From positions 15,593 to 79,592 of the forward strand of contig CAJOPE010000041.1 in NCBI GenBank assembly GCA_905236815.1: a stretch of 64,000 bases of DNA. Direction: 5' to 3'. Position numbers and translations under genes: made by a program. Shown here piece after piece: positions 16,429 through 26,351 of the stretch (position 1 is its first letter; each line of letters begins with the position of its first letter). The stretch is from an uncultured Prevotella sp. Its GTDB lineage: Bacteria > Bacteroidota > Bacteroidia > Bacteroidales > Bacteroidaceae. The notes under the pieces were generated by a model. That model made no database searches and had not been told where the DNA came from. It saw nothing but the letters and a program-made list of their open reading frames with translations.

Positions 16429-17490
16429 ATGACAAAGAAAGATTTACTTGACGACGCTGTCGACTTATTAAAACAACTCATTTCAACACCCTCTATCAGT
16501 AGAAATGAGAAAGATGCGGCTGATATTATGGAGGCACGCATCCGGAAGTATGGCTTCATTCCCCAAAGAGAAGCCAACAATGTATGGATTATTGATCCAA
16601 ACTTTGACAAGAATAAACCGACTTTATTACTCAATGCTCATATTGATACTGTGAAACCGGCTTCCTCTTATACAAGAGATCCTTTCATCCCTTCAATTGA
16701 AGGAGATATTCTATATGGACTGGGAAGTAATGATTGCGGAGGAGGTTTGGTTTCCCTGCTTCAGGTTTTCAGAATAATTACGATGAAATCGAAGAATTTT
16801 AACGTAATCTATCTAGCTTCTGCCGAAGAAGAAGTCTCAGGAAAGGATGGTATATCAAGAGCATTGCCTCTATTACCCAAAATAGACCTTGCCATCGTGG
16901 GAGAGCCAACAGGAATGCAACCTGCAGTTGCAGAGAAAGGTTTGATGGTTTTGGATATCATTGCCCATGGAAAGAGTGGACATGCAGCAAGAAATGAAGG
17001 AATCAATGCTATTTACGAGGCACTCGATGACTTTGTATGGATTAGAGATTACAAATTCAAGAAAGTGAGTGAGTTCCTCGGTCCTACAAAGATGACACTT
17101 ACCGTAGTAAATGCAGGAACTCAACACAACGTCATTCCTGACAAAATAACCGGTCTCATCGACATTCGCACCAACGAATTCTATGACAACGAGGAAGTCT
17201 GCAAGTTTGTTCAGCAGCATTGTAAAAGTGAAATAAAGGCACATTCCTACAGATTGAAATCTTCTCGCATAGATCCAAATCACCCATTAATAAAGAAATG
17301 TGTAGAAATGGGAATGAAACCTTTCGGAAGTCCAACTTTAAGTGATCAAGCCTTGATGAATTTTCCATCTTTCAAACTTGGCCCAGGAGAATCCTCAAGA
17401 TCTCATTCTGCCGATGAATTCATTAAAATAAGCGAAATCGAGCATGCGATTTCTACCTATCTAGAATTATTGGAGGGGGCTGAGATTTAA
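16429..17490 (+). CDS. M20-family metallohydrolase (ArgE/DapE-like deacylase)
   Basis: Motifs LNAHIDTV, ASAEEEVSG, GEPT. The track GTG 16420 is the last base of the -7 box, so ATG 16429 is used. Confidence 0.82.
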   Translation: MTKKDLLDDAVDLLKQLISTPSISRNEKDAADIMEARIRKYGFIPQREANNVWIIDPNFDKNKPTLLLNAHIDTVKPASSYTRDPFIPSIEGDILYGLGSNDCGGGLVSLLQVFRIITMKSKNFNVIYLASAEEEVSGKDGISRALPLLPKIDLAIVGEPTGMQPAVAEKGLMVLDIIAHGKSGHAARNEGINAIYEALDDFVWIRDYKFKKVSEFLGPTKMTLTVVNAGTQHNVIPDKITGLIDIRTNEFYDNEEVCKFVQQHCKSEIKAHSYRLKSSRIDPNHPLIKKCVEMGMKPFGSPTLSDQALMNFPSFKLGPGESSRSHSADEFIKISEIEHAISTYLELLEGAEI

Positions 17491-19166
17491 CGTCCCAGCC
17501 ACTCCTCTGGATTCAATTTTGTTGTTTCTCTTCTCAACTGGAACTGTAGGATATTATCAGCACCAACTGTTCCAACACCTTGTCCGGTAGTAACTTTCTG
17601 TCCACGATGAACAGCTACGTTCTTCAGGTTACAGTAAACCGAGATATAAGCACCATGGCGAACCATTACTACCCAAGTGCCCGCATATCCAAATACAGCA
17701 GTAACCTCGCCATCATAGATAGAACGAGCAGCTGCATTATTATGTCCCTTAATATTGATACCCTTATTATCGAGGGTAACTCCATTTAGACCATCCACAT
17801 TATGCTGTCCAAAATGGGTAACAATTTTATAACTACCAGTAATAGGAATTGGCAATCTACCCTTATTAGCCTCAAATCCACCACTCATCATTCGGTCAAC
17901 AGAACTCAAGGTTTCTGCCTCTTCTGCAGCTTTCTTTGCAGCAGCTATTTCCCGCTTATTACGTTCAGCTTCGGCTTTTTCCTTTCGCTCAGCCGCCTCA
18001 CGAGCAGCCTTTGCCTCCAGGGCAGCCTGACGGGCTGCAGCTTCTCTTTCCTCTGCCATCTTAGCAGCAGCCAAAGCAGCCTTTTTCTTTTTAGATTCTT
18101 CAGCAGCTCTACGAGCTTCCTCTGCAGCCCTCTTAGCCTCCTCAGCCTCAGCTTTCATTTTCTGCTCACGCTCTTTGGCCTCGGCTACTCTTCTGGCATT
18201 TTCCTTTGCCTCAGCCTCTAAAGCAGCCTTTCTCTGGGCAAGTTCTGCAGCACGTCTTTGAGCAGCAGCAGCGGCAGCAGCCTTCTTCTTAGCCTCAGCA
18301 GCAGCTCTGGCCCTTGCCTTTGCCACTTCCTGAGCAACCAAACGGTCAATCTGAGCATTCAAGGCAGCATTTTTTTTCTGCTGTTCATCGATAATAGACT
18401 GGATAGTTTTCTGCTGACCCTGAAGTGTCTTTACAACTTCCTGCTGTTCAACTTTCTTGCCTTCCAGTTCTGTTTTTTCTTTCTCGCCCTTGGCAAGAAG
18501 ATTATTTTTATTACCCTTTACATGCTCAAGTTCCTTATGTTTATCCTTCACCTGAGTTTGTTTTGCCATAACAGCCTCACCCTGAGCCTTCTGATAAGCA
18601 GCATACTGGCGAACGAATCTGAGTCGTCGGTACATCTGAGCAAAGCTATTGGCACTAAAAATGAACATCAACTTATCCTGAACAGAATGATGGCGATACA
18701 TGTATCGCATAGACTTGATGTATTTTTGTCTTCTATCAGCAAGTTGTTGTTCCAATGTCTTCAACTGTGCCTTCAAGATCTCAATATTGTTCTCAATATG
18801 TGTAATATCATTGGTGATACCATTGATATTCTTCTGACGCATCTCTATTTCACCATTAATCGTCATCAGATTCTTCAAGCGCTCCTGAACATCCGACTGA
18901 TTCTTACGAAGAGCTTCTTGCTGTTCCTTTATCTTCTTTTGAATAGAGGCGCGCTGTCCTTGCAATCCACGAATACTTGCATTAGAATAGGTTGCTGTTT
19001 TACTCGATGAATTGTTCTTTGTCGAATTACTTTTAGCTGAAGATTTCTTCGAAGAATTTTTCGAAGTCGTTTTCGACGTAGTTTGCGTCTTGCTGCTATT
19101 TTTCTTCTGAGCATAAGGACTCAGAGAAAAGAGCAATGCAATTATTATAAATAGAAGTTTTCTCAT
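17487..19166 (-). CDS. EnvC-like murein hydrolase activator (coiled coil plus degenerate M23/LytM domain)
   Basis: Signal peptide, S/T/K-rich linker and long coiled coil, with a C-terminal LytM fold. The HxxxD and HxH metal ligands are replaced (NKGINIKG, YCNL, NILQFQL). Confidence 0.8.
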   Translation of the reverse strand: MRKLLFIIIALLFSLSPYAQKKNSSKTQTTSKTTSKNSSKKSSAKSNSTKNNSSSKTATYSNASIRGLQGQRASIQKKIKEQQEALRKNQSDVQERLKNLMTINGEIEMRQKNINGITNDITHIENNIEILKAQLKTLEQQLADRRQKYIKSMRYMYRHHSVQDKLMFIFSANSFAQMYRRLRFVRQYAAYQKAQGEAVMAKQTQVKDKHKELEHVKGNKNNLLAKGEKEKTELEGKKVEQQEVVKTLQGQQKTIQSIIDEQQKKNAALNAQIDRLVAQEVAKARARAAAEAKKKAAAAAAAQRRAAELAQRKAALEAEAKENARRVAEAKEREQKMKAEAEEAKRAAEEARRAAEESKKKKAALAAAKMAEEREAAARQAALEAKAAREAAERKEKAEAERNKREIAAAKKAAEEAETLSSVDRMMSGGFEANKGRLPIPITGSYKIVTHFGQHNVDGLNGVTLDNKGINIKGHNNAAARSIYDGEVTAVFGYAGTWVVMVRHGAYISVYCNLKNVAVHRGQKVTTGQGVGTVGADNILQFQLRRETTKLNPEEWLGR

Positions 19167-20150
19167 TTAAAGACTTGAAATTTTGCTAAGTAATTCTTCT
19201 GGGGTTACCTGCTTATAATTACTAGGGACATTGGTTTTCACATCCCAATTATCCTTTGTTTTCACTTCATCCATCTCCATGTTGAGTTTCATAACCTGCC
19301 TTTTCTTGGAGATTGAAGTTACAAAAGTAACATTCTGAGTACCAGGGAATTGTTTTACACCAACCGACTGAAAATCGGAATACAACAAATCAACAGAAGA
19401 AGTACCATCCTTAGCACTCTTATAAGAAACATTTGCTGCATTAATCTTTCCAGAGTTTCTATCAGCCTTCCACAAGTAAGTCATTGCACCACTCTTATAA
19501 CTAACAGGTACATCACCCTGCGCATTCAAATTTACAGTAAACTTTGTCAAGTCGGCATCGCTAATTTCCTTTTTGCCAGGAAGGAGTAATTGATTCCAGA
19601 ACAAAGCCTGAAGAGAATAGAATGTTATACCTTGACTTTTCAAGAATGAGACTTGATTATATTCTGCCTTTGTGTACATCTTATGAATCTTATCAAGAAT
19701 CAACACATATTCTGGAGTAAATTCCAATCTTGCCAACTCTGAGCCAAGAAATGGCATAAAGATCTGGATACGTATAATCTCATTCTTTCTCATATGCAGC
19801 GCACCTGGTACAGTAATATCCTTACCACCTCTCTGCATAGTCAAAGACATTTTACCTGTGATATTCTGAGAAAACACTCGGTTATCGAATATCTTCTGAA
19901 GGAAAGACAGACTCTTAGCATCAATAGCAGGAGCAGTCTTAGTTACAGTTGCAGGAGTTTGAGTTTGCGCTGTAGTTGTTTTTGCAGCTTCAGTCTGTTG
20001 CTTGCTATTATCTATAACAACCACCTTAGTCTTTTCTACTTCAGGCTTTAAAATAGGTTCCTGAACGATTGTCTTTTGAGTACCTCCACAAGAGGCCAAT
20101 ACAATCGGCATACATAATACTACTATTTTGAAGATTTTTCCTTTTTCCAT
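19167..20150 (-). CDS. lipoprotein, DUF4292-like
   Basis: Lipobox VLASCGG. I recognise the family only weakly; the TPR-DUF4292-M23 gene order, which I recall as common in Bacteroidota, supports it. Confidence 0.6.
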   Translation of the reverse strand: MEKGKIFKIVVLCMPIVLASCGGTQKTIVQEPILKPEVEKTKVVVIDNSKQQTEAAKTTTAQTQTPATVTKTAPAIDAKSLSFLQKIFDNRVFSQNITGKMSLTMQRGGKDITVPGALHMRKNEIIRIQIFMPFLGSELARLEFTPEYVLILDKIHKMYTKAEYNQVSFLKSQGITFYSLQALFWNQLLLPGKKEISDADLTKFTVNLNAQGDVPVSYKSGAMTYLWKADRNSGKINAANVSYKSAKDGTSSVDLLYSDFQSVGVKQFPGTQNVTFVTSISKKRQVMKLNMEMDEVKTKDNWDVKTNVPSNYKQVTPEELLSKISSL

Positions 20151-21940
20151 TTCTTATTATATTCTTCGTCTGAAATATATTGTTTATTTGTTAATTTCCA
20201 TTTAGTTGCCTCGAGTGTCGAATCAGCCTCAGAAGCCTGCTTCCAAAATTTCACAGCATCTTCTTTCAAATTATTCTTATAGTAGATATCACCCAAATGG
20301 TCATAAATGGTTGGACTTGGTGAAATTGTGTCCAAATTATCCTTTGCCTGATCGATGTAGATCTTTGCCTCGGAATAGCGCTCCTCCTGGAACAGAATCC
20401 AAGCATAAGTATCCAAGAAAGTAGCATTTTCCGGCTCAGCCTTTACTGTCTTATAGCTCATCTGCTCGGCCTTTGGAAGATTCTTCTTCTCAACACTCAG
20501 GTAGTAAGCATAGTTGTTGAGGACTGAGATATTATCATCCTTCCACTGCAGACAGCTATCATATGCAGCAAAGGCTTGATCAGCATAGCCCTTTGTATGC
20601 AGGATATCGCCCACCATTCCATAGAAATCAGATACCATATTGGCATCACTCTGCGAATTGATTCTGCTGATTCCTGTACGGAAAGAGTTCAAAGCCTGAT
20701 CATCATCCTTCTTCTGGAAGTAAGCCATTCCCAAGAAGTAAAAATACATCATCTCATCAGGACTATACTGCAATGCACTGTTGCAGTTCTCAATGATCTC
20801 ATCATATTTCTTTGCTTCCCAGAAAGATTGAAGAAGTTGCAATCGGGCCTGAGTATTCTCAGGTGAAATCTCCAATACCTGATTCAAGGCTCTGTTGATA
20901 GAATCCTGCGGAAGTTTCTTCATCAGCATATAAGCAACCTTCAGTTCTGCTATATCTGAATTTGTCTGAGGAATTGCCAACACCTGGTCAAACAACTTGA
21001 TGATCTTTGTGGAATCACCTCCATCTGCCTCGTTCTTCTGAATTGCCTGATGGAGAAGAGTTGCTTTCGTAGAATTATCGGTCTTCTTATTCAAGAGAAT
21101 CTTCACCATGAGCGACTTCGCCAAGGAATCCTGTCCCACAGACGAATAATAATCGTACAGAGATGATTGAACATTAGCATTCTCTGGCTCATCCTTAAGA
21201 GCTGAGAGGAAAAGTTTGTAGGCTTCCTTCTTTCTATCCTTTCCCAGGAGCCAGTTACCCAACATCAGGCGATAATTCACATCATTCGGATGCTTGTCGG
21301 TAAGCGACTTCAACTCTCGGTAAGCCGATTTCTTATCCTCCATCATCTCATAGACTCTCACTTTTGAAAGTGTGAGCTGCTCACTGCTTCCCTCAACGGT
21401 CTCTATACGGTTAATAGTAGAAATCATCTTAGGATAATCCTTCTGCATACGGTAAAGTTGAGCAAGAATCTCGAGCGCATCACTATTTTCAGGATTTTTT
21501 CGAGTAAGGGTTTCGTATTCCTCGATAGCTTTATCGTATTTCTGCGACTCAATATAGTAATGGGCCACACGCTCCAAATATGTATAATTATCAGGATTCA
21601 AGGCTGCAGCTTTCTTGAAATACTCCAATGCAATAGAGTCATTCTTCAACTGAGCATAATAGCTTGCCTGATTATAATACACCTCAGCAGCTTTTGGATT
21701 TATCTTTCGAGCATGTTCAAACAAGTCGAAAGCCTCTGCGTAATTACCTGCTGCCTGTTGGCGGGCTGCCTCCAGAAAGAAGTAATCATAACGCTTCTGA
21801 TCGTTTGGAGAAAGGGTTGAGAATACGATGTTCGTTTTTGGCTCTGTTTTCTTCTTACCTGCATATGAAGGAAACACAGCTGTAGTGCCCAATAAGGCTA
21901 TCAACCCTAAAACGGATATTTTGCTATAATTAAACTTCAT
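20123..21940 (-). CDS. tetratricopeptide-repeat protein with signal peptide
   Basis: 605 aa with many TPR-like units (AxxxYxxAL...P.N patterns). Confidence 0.8.
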   Translation of the reverse strand: MKFNYSKISVLGLIALLGTTAVFPSYAGKKKTEPKTNIVFSTLSPNDQKRYDYFFLEAARQQAAGNYAEAFDLFEHARKINPKAAEVYYNQASYYAQLKNDSIALEYFKKAAALNPDNYTYLERVAHYYIESQKYDKAIEEYETLTRKNPENSDALEILAQLYRMQKDYPKMISTINRIETVEGSSEQLTLSKVRVYEMMEDKKSAYRELKSLTDKHPNDVNYRLMLGNWLLGKDRKKEAYKLFLSALKDEPENANVQSSLYDYYSSVGQDSLAKSLMVKILLNKKTDNSTKATLLHQAIQKNEADGGDSTKIIKLFDQVLAIPQTNSDIAELKVAYMLMKKLPQDSINRALNQVLEISPENTQARLQLLQSFWEAKKYDEIIENCNSALQYSPDEMMYFYFLGMAYFQKKDDDQALNSFRTGISRINSQSDANMVSDFYGMVGDILHTKGYADQAFAAYDSCLQWKDDNISVLNNYAYYLSVEKKNLPKAEQMSYKTVKAEPENATFLDTYAWILFQEERYSEAKIYIDQAKDNLDTISPSPTIYDHLGDIYYKNNLKEDAVKFWKQASEADSTLEATKWKLTNKQYISDEEYNKKWKKEKSSK

Positions 21941-21943
21941 CTT

Positions 21944-22381
21944 CTATTTTACACCAGTATGACCATAACCGCCCTCGCCTCGTTCTGTTTCATCGAGTTC
22001 TTCAACCTCCACAAAATCGCCTTGCTCATGACGTGCAATCACCATCTGAGCAATTCGCTCGCCATCATTGATGACAAAATTCTCTTTTGAGAAGTTAATG
22101 AGAAGCACCATTATCTCGCCTCTATAGTCGGCATCGATAGTACCAGGACTATTCAAAACTGTGATGCCATGCTTCAAAGCAAGGCCAGACCTTGGACGGA
22201 TCTGAGCTTCAAAGCCCTCAGGAAGTGCCATATAAAGGCCTGTCGGAATAAGTCGACGCTCGAAAGGCTGAAGCGTAATTGCCTCCTCCAAATTTGCTCT
22301 CAAATCCATACCAGCACTCTGCGTTGTTGCATAAGCAGGAAGCTGCTGATGACCCTTATTGATGACTTTAATTTTGATCAT
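21944..22381 (-). CDS. dut: dUTP diphosphatase
   Basis: Motifs [34 protein letters not shown]. The track start at 22411 is the TTG of the -7 box; ATG 22381 (MIKIKV...) is used. Confidence 0.93.
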   Translation of the reverse strand: MIKIKVINKGHQQLPAYATTQSAGMDLRANLEEAITLQPFERRLIPTGLYMALPEGFEAQIRPRSGLALKHGITVLNSPGTIDADYRGEIMVLLINFSKENFVINDGERIAQMVIARHEQGDFVEVEELDETERGEGGYGHTGVK

Positions 22382-22408
22382 ACCTCTTTTATAATAATAT
22401 TTTAAATG

Positions 22409-22416
22409 CAAAAATA
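22409..22416 (-). promoter_or_regulatory. -7 promoter box for the dut-TPR-DUF4292-EnvC-like operon
   Basis: TATTTTTG; 27 nt upstream of ATG 22381. Confidence 0.6.
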
Positions 22417-22481
22417 ATGATTTTCAAGCAGAAATTCATATTTTTCAATCGAAAAAGAAATAAATTATCGATTTTTTACAT

Positions 22482-22489
22482 TACATTTG
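22482..22489 (+). promoter_or_regulatory. possible -7 promoter box for dgt
   Basis: TACATTTG, but only 4 nt upstream of ATG 22494. Either the mRNA is leaderless or the match is coincidental. Confidence 0.35.
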
Positions 22490-22493
22490 CCCT

Positions 22494-23831
22494 ATGAATT
22501 GGAAACAGTTAATTTCAAACAAACGTTTGGGGCAGGAACACATGCATGCAGAAAGGCATGACGACCGCTCTGAATTCAAGCGCGACTACGACCGTCTTAT
22601 CTACTCTGCACCTTTCCGAAGACTGCAGAACAAGACACAGGTATTTCCTCTTCCAGGAAGTATCTTTGTTCACAATCGTCTCACCCATAGTTTGGAGGTA
22701 TCCAGCCTCGGACAATCGTTGGGAAATGATGTTTGCAAAAAGCTAAAGGAAATTCATCCAGAACTTGCCAATACTTTGTTCGAGGAAATCGGCACTATTG
22801 TGAGTGCGGCTTGTCTCGCCCATGATCTTGGCAACCCTCCTTTCGGACACTCTGGAGAGAAAGCCATACAGACTTTTTTCACTGAAGGCGAAGGGGCTTG
22901 TCTAAAAGGACAACTCTCACCAGAATTTTGGAATGACATCACTCATTTCGAAGGTAATGCCAATGCTTTCCGATTGCTTACCCATCAATTCATCGGAAGA
23001 AGAAATGGTGGTTTTGTAATGACTTATTCCATGTTGGCAAGCATTGTTAAATATCCATTTGCAAGTAGTATTGCAGGCAATCATGGCAAGTTTGGATTTT
23101 TCCAAAGCGAGCAGGAAGATTACAAGAAAATAGCCGATGAATTGGGAATTATTTGCAAATCCGATAACGGAGAGCCTCTTAAATATGCCCGACATCCATT
23201 GGTTTATCTCGTAGAGGCTGCCGATGACATTTGTTATGAGATTATGGACATCGAGGACTCGCATAAGCTAAAGATTCTTTCTTTCGAGAAAACCTCGAAA
23301 CTACTGCTTGGCTTCTTCGACGAAAAGACCCAGAACCATATAAAGGAAAGAATTGAAGAGCAGGAAGTAACCGACTTGAACGAGCAGGTGGTTTACATGA
23401 GGGCCTGTGTGATTGGTAAGTTGGAATATGAATGTGTGAAGACATTTGTTGACAACGAGGAAAAGATTCTCAACGGCGAATTCAAGGGAAGTCTTATCGA
23501 CAACATTTCAGACCTGCCTAGAAACGCATACAAGAAATGTGAGGAAGTTTCCAAAAATAAAATCTATCTCAGCAAGCCTGTTCTCGATATTGAACTTTCG
23601 GGTTACAAGATTCTCGATACCCTCATGAATGTGTTCATTGACGCTGCTGTAAATCCTGAGAGATACTACTCTAAGCAGCTCATCCGAAGAGTTAGCAGTC
23701 AGTATGATATTCACAGCGAGTCACTGGAAATCAGAATTATGGCAATTATTGACTATATCAGCGGTATGACAGATGTCTATGCTCTCGATATCTATCAAAA
23801 GATAAATGGAATCAGTTTACCAATTGTGTAA
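22494..23831 (+). CDS. dgt: dGTPase-family HD-domain triphosphohydrolase
   Basis: HD-domain motifs RLTHSLEVSSLG and HDLGNPPFGH; 445 aa. Confidence 0.88.
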   Translation: MNWKQLISNKRLGQEHMHAERHDDRSEFKRDYDRLIYSAPFRRLQNKTQVFPLPGSIFVHNRLTHSLEVSSLGQSLGNDVCKKLKEIHPELANTLFEEIGTIVSAACLAHDLGNPPFGHSGEKAIQTFFTEGEGACLKGQLSPEFWNDITHFEGNANAFRLLTHQFIGRRNGGFVMTYSMLASIVKYPFASSIAGNHGKFGFFQSEQEDYKKIADELGIICKSDNGEPLKYARHPLVYLVEAADDICYEIMDIEDSHKLKILSFEKTSKLLLGFFDEKTQNHIKERIEEQEVTDLNEQVVYMRACVIGKLEYECVKTFVDNEEKILNGEFKGSLIDNISDLPRNAYKKCEEVSKNKIYLSKPVLDIELSGYKILDTLMNVFIDAAVNPERYYSKQLIRRVSSQYDIHSESLEIRIMAIIDYISGMTDVYALDIYQKINGISLPIV

Positions 23832-23875
23832 ACTGATTCCATTCTTATTTAATAAATCGGCATACTACCGATGTC

Positions 23876-24868
23876 TTATTTCTTTTCTTTGTAAATAATA
23901 TTATTAGCCCCACTAGTAATTTTCATTGCCTCAGGATGTTCAGCGATAAAACTATTGATGTGACGAACTCGCTTATCCTCAAGGATTTCATCCACAGCAA
24001 TCAAAATACCAGTTTCCTCTACATCACCAAAGCCATAGTTGATAGCCGTTCCAAAGAGTTTCATCGTCGGACTCAGGTTCATATAGGCATTTACCAATGG
24101 AGGAATATTATAGCCGAACTCGCGGATTTTATGATTCAAGATACGATAGTCCTCACGGAAATTGTCTGCAGTAAACAAGTCTTTCAACTTATCCTCAGGT
24201 GTATCGATAACCAGCGGTTTTATTGGAATTACCAAATTATCCTTATCCTCGAAATGCTTCTTAAGGAAATAAAGAATCATATCCCTACCCTCGCGAATAT
24301 AAGAAGGATACATTGTCATCTTTCCAAAGAAATACTTGCACTTAGGATTGATAACGGTAAGAGCTCCCAGACCATCCCATAGATTATCCAAGGCAAAGAT
24401 GCTCTTAGTGTTCTTGCGAACATTCTGATAATCAAGGCTCACGAAAGAACGGCCCAGCTCAACGGTATAGGGTGCATATTCCTTCATGAATTTCTCGGAG
24501 AAATGAAACATGTGACTTGTGGCCAAAATAGGCTGGCCTTTCTCATCAATCTTCCAGTCTCCACCAAAAAGATAGCGATATCCTCCAATAATCTCCTCAT
24601 CCTCAGGATTCCAGACAATCAGCTGTCGACAGCCATTCTCCATAGTATCGAATTCATCGATATCCATAGACTTTCCTGTACCTCCACCTGCTGTTCGAAA
24701 AGCCTCTTCACGAAGTCTTCCAATCTCCTTCATCACATTAGGAGCATTCTGAGCCGTCACAATATAGATTTCGTTATGACTCTTATTCGTCATACGAAGT
24801 TGACGCTCAGGAGTGAGTTCGCTCTTGAGTAATTCTCGATCAATTGGTTGGATAATCTCTTCTTCCAT
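23876..24868 (-). CDS. GNAT-fold N-acyltransferase, OlsB/GlsB-like (amino-acid lipid synthesis)
   Basis: 330 aa; hemolysin-like GNAT pattern. Paired and co-oriented with a lysolipid acyltransferase. Confidence 0.7.
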   Translation of the reverse strand: MEEEIIQPIDRELLKSELTPERQLRMTNKSHNEIYIVTAQNAPNVMKEIGRLREEAFRTAGGGTGKSMDIDEFDTMENGCRQLIVWNPEDEEIIGGYRYLFGGDWKIDEKGQPILATSHMFHFSEKFMKEYAPYTVELGRSFVSLDYQNVRKNTKSIFALDNLWDGLGALTVINPKCKYFFGKMTMYPSYIREGRDMILYFLKKHFEDKDNLVIPIKPLVIDTPEDKLKDLFTADNFREDYRILNHKIREFGYNIPPLVNAYMNLSPTMKLFGTAINYGFGDVEETGILIAVDEILEDKRVRHINSFIAEHPEAMKITSGANNIIYKEKK

Positions 24869-24882
24869 ATTTGGTTGTTTAC

Positions 24883-25716
24883 TTATAATTCATATACTTT
24901 GTCTTCGACGAATTGCGCCCATTCCGCCGGAGTTTTCGACTTATCGAAAGTCTGCCAAGGGATAGGTTTACCAATCTTTACGGTAAAGGTCTCGTGGACA
25001 TTTCGATACATTTCGTCAACAAGGAACAACATAGCTATGTTCACCTTCAGGCCCAACTTCTTCTGCCAGTTGGCAATGCGATAGAATCGGTCGGAGTTGC
25101 GTCCGCTGAAGTAAATAGGCACTACATCGCGCTGATACTCCACACTCTTCGTGATAAAGGTTTTCTTCCAAGGAAGGTCGTGGATTTTTCCATTGATCTT
25201 TCTGGAGTTCAAACCTGCTGGAAACATTAGCATGTGGCTGTCGCTCTGAAAGCCAGCCTCCACCATTCTTGGGAAGTCTCGGCTCTGCTTACCGGTCTTG
25301 TTTATGCCGATGCTAACAGGTTTCAGTCCCGGAAGATTCAGCAGAAGATCGTTTACCAGATAACGGAACTTGCCATCATAATGCTGTCCGATGATTGAGC
25401 CTAATGCCACTCCATCTTCACCGCCCAGGGGATGATTCGACACAAAGGTATAAAGTTTGCCATCATTTTTATCTGGCAAATTCTCCTCGCCCTCTATGTT
25501 CAGAGTCATGTCAAGATAGTGGACACATTCTGTCAGCCATTCAGTTCCTTCCAGATTTCTGCTTTCCCATAGGAATTTGTTCACCTCGTCTTCGTGTATA
25601 ATATGCTTAAGCCATCTGACAAGAAATCCAGGTACATATTTGACCTTGTTTCCCATTTTTGAGGCCAAAATCTTATCAATGTCGATTGTTTTCTTAAAAG
25701 ATTCACTCATATTCAT
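24883..25716 (-). CDS. lysophospholipid/PlsC-family O-acyltransferase, OlsA/GlsA-like
   Basis: 277 aa; acyltransferase His motif region (SNHPLGGEDG). First gene of the pair. Confidence 0.7.
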   Translation of the reverse strand: MNMSESFKKTIDIDKILASKMGNKVKYVPGFLVRWLKHIIHEDEVNKFLWESRNLEGTEWLTECVHYLDMTLNIEGEENLPDKNDGKLYTFVSNHPLGGEDGVALGSIIGQHYDGKFRYLVNDLLLNLPGLKPVSIGINKTGKQSRDFPRMVEAGFQSDSHMLMFPAGLNSRKINGKIHDLPWKKTFITKSVEYQRDVVPIYFSGRNSDRFYRIANWQKKLGLKVNIAMLFLVDEMYRNVHETFTVKIGKPIPWQTFDKSKTPAEWAQFVEDKVYEL

Positions 25717-25734
25717 AAATACACTAACATACTA

Positions 25735-25742
25735 CAAAGATA
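25735..25742 (-). promoter_or_regulatory. -7 promoter box for the acyltransferase pair
   Basis: TATCTTTG; 18 nt upstream of ATG 25716. Confidence 0.6.
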
Positions 25743-26351
25743 GCTCAACTTTTTTAAATATGTGCCTTTTTAACTAAAAAAAACCTCAAAAAAGGTAATT
25801 TTGTGCACTTTTGGTTACCAAATGAACAAACTTGAGCATTCTCTAGCGGCTTTTCGTAAGACAAATCAAGTTTAATTTCCTTATCGTAACTGATTTTTAA
25901 CATGGCTACAATAAACTTAAAGCCAGCAAGCCTACAACAAACAAAAGGTTAAGTATTTTCATTGATAGAAAGCTCAATATTATCATACAAATCAAAAGAT
26001 TAAATTTTAAAGAATTACATAAATTCGTTTAACCGAATTCCCAAATCAGAAATCTATCAAGACGAATAGCATGCACGGAATTACAAAGATAAGAACTCTG
26101 TAATAACGAACAACTCTAATAAAAAAAACAGAAAATTCAAAGAACTCTCAATAAACATCTTACAAAAGCAAAAGCACAAGTTATTTTGTAAACAATATTA
26201 CCCTATAACCAACTAAACAAAACGAAATTGAACTTAATAGACAAACTAAGCTATATCAAACCTACTCCCAATAGTAAATCCTTAGGACTCATAATATCTA
26301 TCTTAACACTATTTCATAGGCTTTAGTCGATTAGAAAGCAGGAAAGCATTG

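Noticed and set aside
16368-16634. 88-aa minus-strand ORF across the divergent promoter region.
   Set aside because: It overlaps the M20 gene in antisense and spans both -7 boxes. It has no recognisable family.
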